Both the position numbers and the translations under genes were made by a program. From assembly GCA_963977675.1 (NCBI GenBank), contig CAXBPY010000006.1, forward strand, positions 3,714 through 67,713: a DNA stretch of 64,000 nucleotides, given 5' to 3'. Below, in pieces: positions 8,773-17,471 of this stretch (position 1 is its first letter; every line of letters starts with the position of its first letter). The stretch comes from an uncultured bacterium. Its GTDB lineage: Bacteria > Bacteroidota > Bacteroidia > Chitinophagales > UBA10324. The notes beneath the pieces were generated by a model, which saw nothing but the letters and a program-made list of their open reading frames with translations, ran no database searches and had not been told where the DNA came from.

Positions 8773-10258
8773 TGTGTTGCTCTAAGCGGATGAGTTGCCC
8801 GCGGTCAAAGGTGAAAATAACTCCGTGCTTCAGATTGTGTTTTTGTAAAAATGAAATAGCCTCGTCGTCATTGAAAATGGTTCGCATGTTTCTTTTTGCA
8901 TACCAAATCAATTGGGGTTCGTCGTCTATCCATTTCAAAAAAACAACTTCATCCGGCGATGAATTCTTTCGGATGAAATCGCCCTGATAAGCAAACTCAT
9001 CATAATTCACAAAGTCATCATCAATCAAGGAAACTTTTCCGGGCGAATTAATTATCTCAAAAATGAAAATGCTGAATGCAACTGAAGCGGCAAGTGAAAA
9101 GCGAAACCATTTTTTTTCATTCACAAAAAACAAAAACGAAATAAGCAATGCAATGAGTGGCGATGCCTTCATCGCCTGAAAATCATACAGCGAGGCATTG
9201 AGAAAAACAATGTGGTGAATGAGAACCGGAACTCCTAACCAAAACAAAATTTTCTTCAACGGAATTTGAGAAAGATGCTTTCGCTGAACAAAAAACAACA
9301 CGGAGAGTGCAATCAGCCAGGGCAGAAATCCGGTTACATAATTCCAGCCGACCTGCATCCATTCTGCAAAGTATAAAAAGATGCTTTCACTGATTGATGA
9401 TTCAAATTCATATCCACTTCTTACACCGTAGCGGTATTGAATGAAGTGCACCAAATCACTCCACCCGCTGATCAGTGTGTATTGAAAAAGTGTGAGCGTC
9501 AATGCTGCAACTGAACCCAGAATAGTTACAGATGAAAGAAGAAAATATTTTCTTCTGAAAACTGAATAAAGAAAAACTGTTCCGGCAAAAGCAACACCGA
9601 GATATTCGGTGTAACTAAAAATGAAAGAGGAAAGGAAGAGAAGGATGAAGTGAAAATATTTTGGATTGAAATCCGGAGTTGTGAATTTCAGCCATAGAAA
9701 AACACACCACAGAAATAATGTAACCGCCGGCATATCTACCATGTAGCAATTGGAATGAAACCACAACAAGCACGGCGAGAACAGATGAACAATCACTGCA
9801 ATCAACGCGATAAGATTTGCCTTTTGTTGATGAATAGAATTTTTTGTAAGCAGTAAAATGATTTGCCAAAGAAGAAAGCACTCAATCAAATGCAGTAACA
9901 GGTTGAACATTTGTAAACTCAATGCATCAAGCGGATGAATCCATCCGCCCATAACTAAGTATGGAATCAGGTAAGCGCCCGGAGGATAACTGAGGTAGTA
10001 GCTGTTTCCGTGTTTATCATAGTTTTCTGTTGACTGATTGTTGATGAACTTGTTTGCGTCACCGCGGTAATTCACCGCCGGATTGAAATTCAAGTTCACT
10101 ATTCCCTGCTCATTCCAGTTATACATTATCCGTAAAACCAGCGCTGTTGTAAATTCATGATGCTTGCTGAGCGGTCGATTGAGTTGTGGAATGCGAATAG
10201 CAACTGAAGTTAGCCAGAGAATAAGAATGATGAAAAGCGGTGAAAAGATTTTTTTCAT
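8756..10258 (-). CDS. polytopic membrane protein, probable GT-C glycosyltransferase (ArnT/PMT_2-like)
   Basis: 500 aa, about 11 TM helices followed by a ~100-aa soluble C-terminal domain. The call rests on GT-C-like topology only. Confidence 0.45.
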   Translation of the reverse strand: MKKIFSPLFIILILWLTSVAIRIPQLNRPLSKHHEFTTALVLRIMYNWNEQGIVNLNFNPAVNYRGDANKFINNQSTENYDKHGNSYYLSYPPGAYLIPYLVMGGWIHPLDALSLQMFNLLLHLIECFLLWQIILLLTKNSIHQQKANLIALIAVIVHLFSPCLLWFHSNCYMVDMPAVTLFLWCVFLWLKFTTPDFNPKYFHFILLFLSSFIFSYTEYLGVAFAGTVFLYSVFRRKYFLLSSVTILGSVAALTLTLFQYTLISGWSDLVHFIQYRYGVRSGYEFESSISESIFLYFAEWMQVGWNYVTGFLPWLIALSVLFFVQRKHLSQIPLKKILFWLGVPVLIHHIVFLNASLYDFQAMKASPLIALLISFLFFVNEKKWFRFSLAASVAFSIFIFEIINSPGKVSLIDDDFVNYDEFAYQGDFIRKNSSPDEVVFLKWIDDEPQLIWYAKRNMRTIFNDDEAISFLQKHNLKHGVIFTFDRGQLIRLEQHIELSE

Positions 10259-10686
10259 CTCCTGTACTTAACTAAAACATCATTGAGTTTTTCAATCACA
10301 AATAACAATCCGGTTGATTCGCTTACTAGAATGAAGTTCCTTTTATTTTTCTCGCTCAATACTTTTTGTTCAGCTTCAAATGGCATCATATCATCAATCC
10401 AGACAAAGGCGCTTTCAAAGTCAATTGCATCTGTCTTCAGCGCATCCCAATTTGTCGGTTTGATTTTGCTAAGCATTCTTAAATACACTTCCGGAAAATA
10501 AGGTTTCAAATATTTTATTGCGGTGTCTGTATCGCCTTTACAGTGTGTAGTGAGCCAGTAGCAGTCAAAATTTTCAACTGCAAATTGAATAAGACGCTTT
10601 GAAAAATTTTTCGGTCGGGGATTTCTTTTTGTAAGAAGAACTCCGTCAATATCGAGATATAGTTTTATGAGTTTTCTATTTTTCAA
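10255..10686 (-). CDS. small capless HAD-superfamily phosphatase-like protein
   Basis: HAD motif I DIDGVL near the N-terminus, WLTT (motif II-like), WIDD (motif IV-like). TTG start; ATGA overlap with the downstream GT-C gene. Confidence 0.4.
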   Translation of the reverse strand: MKNRKLIKLYLDIDGVLLTKRNPRPKNFSKRLIQFAVENFDCYWLTTHCKGDTDTAIKYLKPYFPEVYLRMLSKIKPTNWDALKTDAIDFESAFVWIDDMMPFEAEQKVLSEKNKRNFILVSESTGLLFVIEKLNDVLVKYRR

Positions 10687-10698
10687 GCCAACTGACTA

Positions 10699-11337
10699 TT
10701 ACAGCCCTTTTCCCCACCATACTTTATACATCAGCTCTAATCCGAAATATATCATCACTGTTCCTGCTATTCTGTTAAACCAAACCATCAACTGCTCATT
10801 CAGCAACTTTTTGATTTTGCCGGCAACAAATGCTTTTCCAATATCAGATGAGAAAATGCAGAGCAATGTTCCTGAAAAAAACAGAAGGCGATCTGTTTGC
10901 GAATTCGGATATTCAACTGAAATAACTCCCATGGCACTCAACCAAAAAACAAACACAAATGGATTCAGCAGGTTTATAAAAAAACCTTTTATGCCATAGC
11001 TGATGTAGGTGAAATGGTTCGGTGTTTCTAATACCACCTTTTCAATCCTTGGTTTTCGAATAAATGTGAAGGCGCCAATTATTAACAGAACAATTCCTCC
11101 TACGATTCCGACATAAAACTTTACACCATCATTTTCGAAAAATGCAGTTACACCCAAAAAGGAAAGCATTATGTAAGCAGCATCGCTCAGGGCTGTTCCT
11201 ACAGCAATGCTGGCAGCGCTCCAGAAACCCCGATTGATGCTGGTTTCAATGATGGCGAAAAAGATGGGGCCAAATGATACAATAAAAACAAGGCCCAGTA
11301 ACATGCCGTGATAAAATGCTTCGAAGCCCGCAATCAT
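10699..11337 (-). CDS. LysE/RhtB family translocator (small-molecule exporter)
   Basis: 212 aa, 6 TM helices. GLVFIVSFGPIFFAIIETSINRG is a typical LysE N-terminal motif. Confidence 0.8.
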   Translation of the reverse strand: MIAGFEAFYHGMLLGLVFIVSFGPIFFAIIETSINRGFWSAASIAVGTALSDAAYIMLSFLGVTAFFENDGVKFYVGIVGGIVLLIIGAFTFIRKPRIEKVVLETPNHFTYISYGIKGFFINLLNPFVFVFWLSAMGVISVEYPNSQTDRLLFFSGTLLCIFSSDIGKAFVAGKIKKLLNEQLMVWFNRIAGTVMIYFGLELMYKVWWGKGL

Positions 11338-12908
11338 CGTGACGAAGAAATTTTGTTATGTGAAGAAAGAAATTCTTTCCAGTCTTCAAACTGCTTACCC
11401 CGCAGCACTCTTGGAAATTTGTTTTGTCCGCCCAGCTTACCATTTTTTTCCATCCATTCATAAAAATATTTAACCGGAAGAATATCGACCAGCACTTCTT
11501 TGAGGGCGGCAATTCGCTCAACAGAATAATCATCATTTATTTTTTTCAGATTATGGTCGAGTTCATTTCTGAACTCGTCTGCATCAATTTTTTCGTCGCA
11601 CCCGATATACCAGTGATGAGCAAACATGCTGGTATGCGGAATTCCGGCAACGGTAAATTCATTAATCGCAACATTGAATTTTTCAGCACACATATCAATT
11701 GCTTTATTCATGTTGTCTACCGAAAGGTGTTCGCCGCATAAGCTCAGGTAATGCTTGGTCCTTCCTTCAATCACAATCTCGCAATCTTTTAAAGATGTAA
11801 AACGGATTACATCGCCAATCAGGTAGCGCCAGGCACCTGCGCAGGTAGAGAGCAATAATGCATATGGAGTGTTTTCTTTCACTTCGCCAATATGAAGCGC
11901 CTTCGAATTTGATCTCAGTTCGCCATTGGTGTCAAAATTTTCTTCATCAAAATGCACGAACTCGAAAAAGATTCCATTGTCGGTAATCAGTTTCATTGAC
12001 TTAGAATTTCCATTGGTCTGGAAGGCAATAAATCCTTCTGAAGCCAGGTAGGTGTCTACATAAATCAATGGGCGAGCAACCAATTTTTCAAATGACTTTC
12101 GATAAGGCTCCAGCGAAACGCCGCCATGCACATAACACACAAGATTGGGCCACACTTCATGAATAGTTTTCAGTTTGTGCCGTTCTATTATGCGCTCCAT
12201 CATGATCTGAATCCATGCCGGAACACCAACTACGAATGCTACATCCCACTGTGGCGCGAGCTCCGCGATCTCTTCCAGTTTTTTTTCCCAGTCAGTGTGT
12301 TTTGAAATTTTTTTCCCCGGTTTATAAAAATGCTGAAACCAAAAAGGAATTTTTCCGGCACTGATGCCGCTCAGGTCGCCTTCGAAATATCTGCCTTTGC
12401 GCTGAAGTTTGGTGCTGCCGCCCAGCATCAGTATTCCCTTCTCAAAAATATCTGCAGGCAAATCATAATTAGCGAGTGAAAGTATCTGCCGAATGCTGCC
12501 GCGCTGAATCGCTTTGATCATTTCCCGCGTAACCGGAATGTGTTTGCTTGCACTTTCAGATGTTCCGCTGCTGAGAGCGAAATATTTTGTTTTGCCCGGC
12601 CAACACACATTTTCTTCTTCATTCAATAAGCGGCACCACCAATCATTAAAAATGGAATTGTAATTATGTGTGGGTACAGATTCCCTGAATTTCTCATGAA
12701 TTTTTTTTTCAGAAAGCAAATCAGTGAAATGATATTTTTTTCCGAAATCGGTAAACTCAGCTTTGCGCAGCAACCGTTTCAGAACGCGGCGCTGTTGAGT
12801 ATATGGAGAGCTGAATCTCAGCTTCACACTGGAGCGCGCGCGGATCAATCGTTTTATAAGAGAGCCGAGTAATGCCATTCTGTTGGCGACGAAGATAAAC
12901 GCAACCAT
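11334..12908 (-). CDS. GH3 family (acyl acid-amido synthetase-like, ANL superfamily) protein
   Basis: FALSSGTSESASKHIPVT (the GH3/ANL SSGTS motif), YLASEGF and GGQNKFPR motifs. The true start may be the second ATG at 12878 (MALLGSLIKR...). Confidence 0.85.
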   Translation of the reverse strand: MVAFIFVANRMALLGSLIKRLIRARSSVKLRFSSPYTQQRRVLKRLLRKAEFTDFGKKYHFTDLLSEKKIHEKFRESVPTHNYNSIFNDWWCRLLNEEENVCWPGKTKYFALSSGTSESASKHIPVTREMIKAIQRGSIRQILSLANYDLPADIFEKGILMLGGSTKLQRKGRYFEGDLSGISAGKIPFWFQHFYKPGKKISKHTDWEKKLEEIAELAPQWDVAFVVGVPAWIQIMMERIIERHKLKTIHEVWPNLVCYVHGGVSLEPYRKSFEKLVARPLIYVDTYLASEGFIAFQTNGNSKSMKLITDNGIFFEFVHFDEENFDTNGELRSNSKALHIGEVKENTPYALLLSTCAGAWRYLIGDVIRFTSLKDCEIVIEGRTKHYLSLCGEHLSVDNMNKAIDMCAEKFNVAINEFTVAGIPHTSMFAHHWYIGCDEKIDADEFRNELDHNLKKINDDYSVERIAALKEVLVDILPVKYFYEWMEKNGKLGGQNKFPRVLRGKQFEDWKEFLSSHNKISSSR

Positions 12909-12941
12909 TCTTGTTCATCCGCAGTCTTGGCAATCCGCCAT

Positions 12942-12949
12942 TACTTTTG
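12942..12949 (+). promoter_or_regulatory. -7 promoter box TACTTTTG for the ABC exporter gene
   Basis: Exact TAnnTTTG match only 7 nt before ATG 12957, which implies a near-leaderless mRNA. Confidence 0.4.
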
Positions 12950-12956
12950 AACCCGC

Positions 12957-14780
12957 ATGAACAGAGTTAAAAGCATTTTAAAATATGCCCGCGCATATTG
13001 GGGCCATGTTTCACTGAACTTACTTTTCAATATTATCTCCAATATATTTTCAGTGTTCAGCATTGTGATGATTATTCCCATTCTTCAATTGTTGTTCGAA
13101 CAGGTTAAGCCGGTAACTACAGATCCCGGAATTCATTTTTCCGCTTCCGGCATTCTGAATTATTTTAATTTCAGATTCAGCCTGATCATATCTGAGCATG
13201 GAAGAATTCAGGCGCTCGTCTTTCTGTGCATCACAATCATTATTATTTTTTTTCTGAAAAATCTTTTTCGTTATGCAGCTCTCTATGCAATTGCGCCCAT
13301 GAGGCATGGCATAATCCGGAATATGCGGAATGATATATTTTCAAAAGTTTTATTTCTCCCGGTTTCATATTTCACCGAAGGAAGGAAGGGCGACATTATG
13401 AGCCGATGCGCAACTGATGTGCAGGAGATTGATTGGAGCATTATGTATTTTATGGAAAGTGTTTTTAACGAATCTATCACAGTCATCATCACTCTTGTCA
13501 CTCTTATTTATATCAGTCCGCAATTGACCTTATTTGTTCTGCTCATACTCCCGGTTTCAGGATTAATCATTGGAAGAATAGGAAAAACGCTAAAGCGCGA
13601 ATCCATAAAAGGACAAGGGTTGATGGGCGATTTGCTCTCACTTCTTGACGAGACAATTTCAGGTAACAGAATCATTAAAGCATTTAATGCAGAAAAGTAT
13701 TTGAGCAAAAAGTTTACTGATGACAGCATGAATTATTACCATGTGTCGAAAAGTATGCAGCGAAAAAAAGATTTGTCTTCTCCTCTTTCAGAGTTTCTCG
13801 GCATCAGTGTAGTTGTAGCAGTGCTTTACTATGGCGGTTCGCTCGCTTTGAATCATGATCCCTCGCTGCAAGCACCGGCCTTTATCACTTTCGTAGCAAT
13901 GTTTTCGCAGATCATAAGCCCTGCGAAATCGCTCGCCACAGCTTATTACAACATTCAAAAAGGACTTGCCTCTGTTGAACGAATTCAGGAAGTAATGAAT
14001 GCTGAAATAAAAATTACAGAGAAACAAAATGCGGCATCAATTTCCAGCTTCAACGAATCCATTGAATTGAAAAATATATCGTTCAGTCATGTTGAGGGAA
14101 AATCTGTTCTGCAAAACATTCAACTGAGAATTGAAAAAGGGAAAGTCATTGCATTGGTTGGGCCATCAGGAGCAGGCAAGAGCACGCTTGCTGATATGCT
14201 CCCGAGATTTTTTGATCCGACTACCGGAACAATTGAAATTGATGGAAAGGACATTCGCAATTATCGCCTTGCTGAACTGAGAAAACTTTTCGGAATGGTG
14301 ACACAAGATGCGGTTCTGTTTAATGATACTTTGTTCAACAACATTGCTTTCGGATTAACCGGAGTAACACAGGAAGAAGTAGAGCGTGCCGCTAAAGTTG
14401 CAAATGCTCACAACTTCATTCTGAAAAAAGAAAACGGCTACCAAACCCTGATTGGTGACAGAGGCAATCGCCTGAGCGGAGGCGAGCGTCAGCGAATCAC
14501 TATTGCCAGGGCGGTACTTCGTAATCCTGCGATATTGATTTTAGATGAAGCAACTTCATCATTAGATACCGAATCAGAACAACTGGTGCAGGAAGCCTTA
14601 AATAACCTGATGAAGAATCACACTGCAGTGGTTATTGCGCATCGCCTTTCTACTGTTCAGCATGCCGATGAAATAATTGTAATGAATGCAGGAAGAATTG
14701 AAGAGCGCGGAACTCATCAGCAACTGATGTTGCAAAACGGGTTGTATAAAAAATTAGTTGACCTGCAGGCGTTTGCTTAA
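12957..14780 (+). CDS. ABC transporter permease/ATP-binding fusion, MsbA-like lipid/polysaccharide exporter
   Basis: 6-TM N-terminal domain, Walker A GPSGAGKST, signature LSGGERQR, Walker B ILILDEATS. Confidence 0.9.
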   Translation: MNRVKSILKYARAYWGHVSLNLLFNIISNIFSVFSIVMIIPILQLLFEQVKPVTTDPGIHFSASGILNYFNFRFSLIISEHGRIQALVFLCITIIIIFFLKNLFRYAALYAIAPMRHGIIRNMRNDIFSKVLFLPVSYFTEGRKGDIMSRCATDVQEIDWSIMYFMESVFNESITVIITLVTLIYISPQLTLFVLLILPVSGLIIGRIGKTLKRESIKGQGLMGDLLSLLDETISGNRIIKAFNAEKYLSKKFTDDSMNYYHVSKSMQRKKDLSSPLSEFLGISVVVAVLYYGGSLALNHDPSLQAPAFITFVAMFSQIISPAKSLATAYYNIQKGLASVERIQEVMNAEIKITEKQNAASISSFNESIELKNISFSHVEGKSVLQNIQLRIEKGKVIALVGPSGAGKSTLADMLPRFFDPTTGTIEIDGKDIRNYRLAELRKLFGMVTQDAVLFNDTLFNNIAFGLTGVTQEEVERAAKVANAHNFILKKENGYQTLIGDRGNRLSGGERQRITIARAVLRNPAILILDEATSSLDTESEQLVQEALNNLMKNHTAVVIAHRLSTVQHADEIIVMNAGRIEERGTHQQLMLQNGLYKKLVDLQAFA

Positions 14781-14791
14781 CGGCAAGTGAT

Positions 14792-14835
14792 AAAAAATAA
14801 AAAACCCTCTTCGAATTTCTTTGAAGAGGGTTCTG
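14792..14835. terminator. bidirectional hairpin terminator between convergent genes
   Basis: aaccctcttc (14803-14812) pairs with gaagagggtt (14823-14832). A-run upstream and T-rich downstream. Sits between the stops at 14780 (+) and 14856 (-). Confidence 0.7.
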
Positions 14836-14855
14836 AAAATTTTTATAAAGAAAAA

Positions 14856-15866
14856 TTACATCTTGGAGAACTTGATCATGCTGTTTCCCTTTGTAGAGTT
14901 GAGTATGATATTGTAATTGCCAGCAGCGAGTTTGCTGATGTCAGCATTGAATGAATAATTTCCTTTAATGTTTTGTGCGCGCTCAATGGTTTGAACTTTT
15001 CTTCCCAGCTCATCATAGATGCTGATATCAACTACCATGAATGATGGAGAAGAATACTGAACAGTGATCTTATCACTTGCTGGATTCGGGAAAACATTTA
15101 ATGAAAAATTATCAGCAGAAGGTGCAAAAGCGAGAACAGTTCCGTTTCCATCAACTTCAATATCATCAATAGAAATCAGGTTGTCATCGTGTGTTCCGTG
15201 ACAGAATGCGATATAAATATTCTGACCTGCATATCCGCTGAGTGAAGCTGAATCAGGACGCAGAACACCAACAAGTCTTGCAGAATCTCCATTGTGAACT
15301 TCTACATATTGCCCGTCAGAACCAAACTGAAATCCGGGTGAGAAAGTATAAGCCGACCAAACCGCAGAGTCAGAAGTATTAGCAGGAAGTGCTGTCATTT
15401 CAGCATAGAGCATGAGCGTATCTGAAAATGCATTATCTAAATTTCCGGCAGTAGAAGCGAGCACCTGCAATCCATCAAGGTAGCGTGGAGTCTGGCGCGG
15501 AGCTGATTTCCACTTTAACATACCAGATGCATCGTTCAAATGAATTGGAGGAAGGATCAAATAATTAGCAACCGGATTCTGAGCATCGTTAGTCCATGAA
15601 TTGCTTGCCATTACAATGTTTGTTGAATCAACATAAGCAAATCCGAAAGATCGAAACCACTCGTTAGGACGGTTTCCACCACTTGCATCAGCTATTCCAT
15701 CGAGGTCAGCATCAATCCATACCGTATCATTTCCAGAGGGAAACTGGAAGAAAAATTTGTTTACGAAAGTGGCGCTGTCCTCTTCGAAATCTTCGAACAA
15801 AATTGTCTGCGCCTTAGTACCGACAGTTGCGAAAAGGCAGAGGAGAATGATGTAAAATTTTTTCAT
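14856..15866 (-). CDS. secreted T9SS cargo protein (choice-of-anchor-J-like domain + type-A C-terminal sorting domain)
   Basis: Signal peptide MKKFYIILLCLFATVGTKAQ. C-terminus FPNPASDKITVQYS...AAGNYNIILNSTKGNSMIKFSKM is a T9SS CTD. Confidence 0.8.
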   Translation of the reverse strand: MKKFYIILLCLFATVGTKAQTILFEDFEEDSATFVNKFFFQFPSGNDTVWIDADLDGIADASGGNRPNEWFRSFGFAYVDSTNIVMASNSWTNDAQNPVANYLILPPIHLNDASGMLKWKSAPRQTPRYLDGLQVLASTAGNLDNAFSDTLMLYAEMTALPANTSDSAVWSAYTFSPGFQFGSDGQYVEVHNGDSARLVGVLRPDSASLSGYAGQNIYIAFCHGTHDDNLISIDDIEVDGNGTVLAFAPSADNFSLNVFPNPASDKITVQYSSPSFMVVDISIYDELGRKVQTIERAQNIKGNYSFNADISKLAAGNYNIILNSTKGNSMIKFSKM

Positions 15867-15950
15867 TTTTAGTTTTAATTGAGTTGGGTTGCGAATGTAT
15901 GTAAGAATTCGATTTTAGAAAGCGCTGACAGAAAAATGACATTAGAGATT

Positions 15951-17216
15951 TCACGAATGCATCATCGAATAAATTCCCAGATAACAAGCCACTCCTGTTG
16001 CATATCCGACCAAAGCAGGAAGAGATATTTTTTTTAAATACCAACCGAAAGAAATTTTTTCCATTCCCATGACCACAACTCCGGCAGCAGAACCAATAAT
16101 GAGCAGGCTGCCGCCGGTGCCGGCGCAGTATGCAATCATTTCCCAAATCTTATGGTCCGCGGCAAATGTGTCGAGCGGATACATTGCCATTGAAGCAGCA
16201 ACGAGTGGAACATTATCAATAATGGCGGAAGCAATTCCAAGAAAAGAGATGGTGATATCTTGGTTCGGAATTTTTTCATTCAGCCAGTCAGCTGCTTGTA
16301 CCAGAATTCCGGCTGATTCTAAAGCAGCAACCGCGAGCAATATTCCCACAAAAAATAAAATTGATGTCAAATCAATTTTTGTAAGAACCGATGCAACCTG
16401 CAAATTTTTTCGTTCAGTTTTTGAATGAAGTAGTTCAGTTACTACCCACATAATTCCTAATCCAAATAGAATTCCCATGTATGGAGGCAGGTGTGTGAGT
16501 TGTTTGAAAACCGGAACTGACAACAAACACATGACTCCGAGAATAAAAATATGAATTGAATAAGGTTGCGGTGTTTCGCCCGGTGTATCGAACGATGAAA
16601 TATTTTTTCCTTTCATACTGAAACTAAAAAACAATAATGGAACAAGCATAGAAACCAAACTCGGAATAATTAGCATAAGCATTATGTTGAGAGCGGTTAC
16701 TTGCCCTCCTATCCAAAGCATAGTTGTAGTTACATCACCGATAGGGCTCCATGCACCACCGGCATTCGCAGCAATAATCACCATTGAAGAAAAAATCATT
16801 CGCTCATTTTTATCATCAACCATTTTCCGCAGAATGGAAACCACTACAATGGCAGTTGTCAGATTATCGAGCACTGCAGAAAGAAAAAATGTGAGCATCG
16901 AAATGAGCCACAACAATTTCGTTTTGCTTTTTGTATTCAGAAAATGATTGACAATTCTGAACCCGCGGTGCGCATCTATCAGCTCCACAATCGTCATGGC
17001 ACCCATGAGGAAGAAAGCAATTTCAGCAATGGAAGAAAGGTGATGGCTGAGCTCGGGAATTATTTCTTCATGATTCGCATTCGGTAGAAACAGAATTGCA
17101 ATCCAACAAAAAACAGCAAGCAAAATGGCAGTGGCTGATTTGTTAATTTTTAACGGATGCTCCATAGTTATGGCAGCATATCCGAGTAGAAAAACGATAA
17201 TCAGAGTTGTAGACAT
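15951..17216 (-). CDS. nhaD: NhaD/ArsB-superfamily sodium:proton antiporter
   Basis: 421 aa, about 12 TM helices. N-terminus LGYAAITMEHPLKINKSATAILLAVFCW is typical of NhaD. Confidence 0.8.
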   Translation of the reverse strand: MSTTLIIVFLLGYAAITMEHPLKINKSATAILLAVFCWIAILFLPNANHEEIIPELSHHLSSIAEIAFFLMGAMTIVELIDAHRGFRIVNHFLNTKSKTKLLWLISMLTFFLSAVLDNLTTAIVVVSILRKMVDDKNERMIFSSMVIIAANAGGAWSPIGDVTTTMLWIGGQVTALNIMLMLIIPSLVSMLVPLLFFSFSMKGKNISSFDTPGETPQPYSIHIFILGVMCLLSVPVFKQLTHLPPYMGILFGLGIMWVVTELLHSKTERKNLQVASVLTKIDLTSILFFVGILLAVAALESAGILVQAADWLNEKIPNQDITISFLGIASAIIDNVPLVAASMAMYPLDTFAADHKIWEMIAYCAGTGGSLLIIGSAAGVVVMGMEKISFGWYLKKISLPALVGYATGVACYLGIYSMMHS

Positions 17217-17236
17217 TTTAAATTTCTAAATCAGAA

Positions 17237-17244
17237 CAAATGTA
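17237..17244 (-). promoter_or_regulatory. -7 promoter box TACATTTG for nhaD
   Basis: Plus-strand caaatgta is an exact TAnnTTTG on the minus strand, 20 nt upstream of ATG 17216. Confidence 0.4.
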
Positions 17245-17292
17245 ATTGCGGGGAATTTCTGCGAATGGTTTAAACAAACTTCCGACACAAAA

Positions 17293-17358
17293 CCACGAAG
17301 GCACAAAGCTTCACGAAAAAATCCTTACAGATCCTTACTGTCTTGGTGGCTTAGTGGC
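17293..17358. repeat. word-repeat imperfect hairpin element (CACGAAG / CACAAAG words and inverted copies)
   Basis: ccacgaaggcacaaagcttcacgaa is followed by the inverted words cttactgtcttggtggcttagtggc (reverse complement gccactaagccaccaagacagtaag). About 13 of 16 positions pair. Confidence 0.55.
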
Positions 17359-17398
17359 AATAATTTTCCGGATTAAACCCTCAGGCAACAAACAAATC

Positions 17399-17430
17399 AA
17401 CCAATGAACCAATAAACCAATGAACTAATA
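17399..17430. repeat. tandem 16-mer x2 (four AACYAATR octamers)
   Basis: aaccaatgaaccaata / aaccaatgaactaata, one mismatch. Lies immediately upstream of the -7 box at 17442. Confidence 0.6.
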
Positions 17431-17441
17431 ACCTCTTCCCT

Positions 17442-17449
17442 TAGTTTTG
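17442..17449 (+). promoter_or_regulatory. -7 promoter box TAGTTTTG for the MBL-rhodanese gene
   Basis: Exact TAnnTTTG match 22 nt upstream of ATG 17472. Confidence 0.4.
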
Positions 17450-17471
17450 CTTCCGAACAAAAAAATTCATT

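Noticed and set aside
17355-17369. Sigma-54-like -24/-12 element TGGCAA-TAATT-TTCC upstream of the MBL-rhodanese gene, considered because a sigma-54 activator is in the window
   Set aside because: The invariant GC of the -12 element is replaced by CC. It lies about 100 nt from the ATG, inside the word-repeat element, and an exact sigma-A-type TAnnTTTG box sits closer to the gene.
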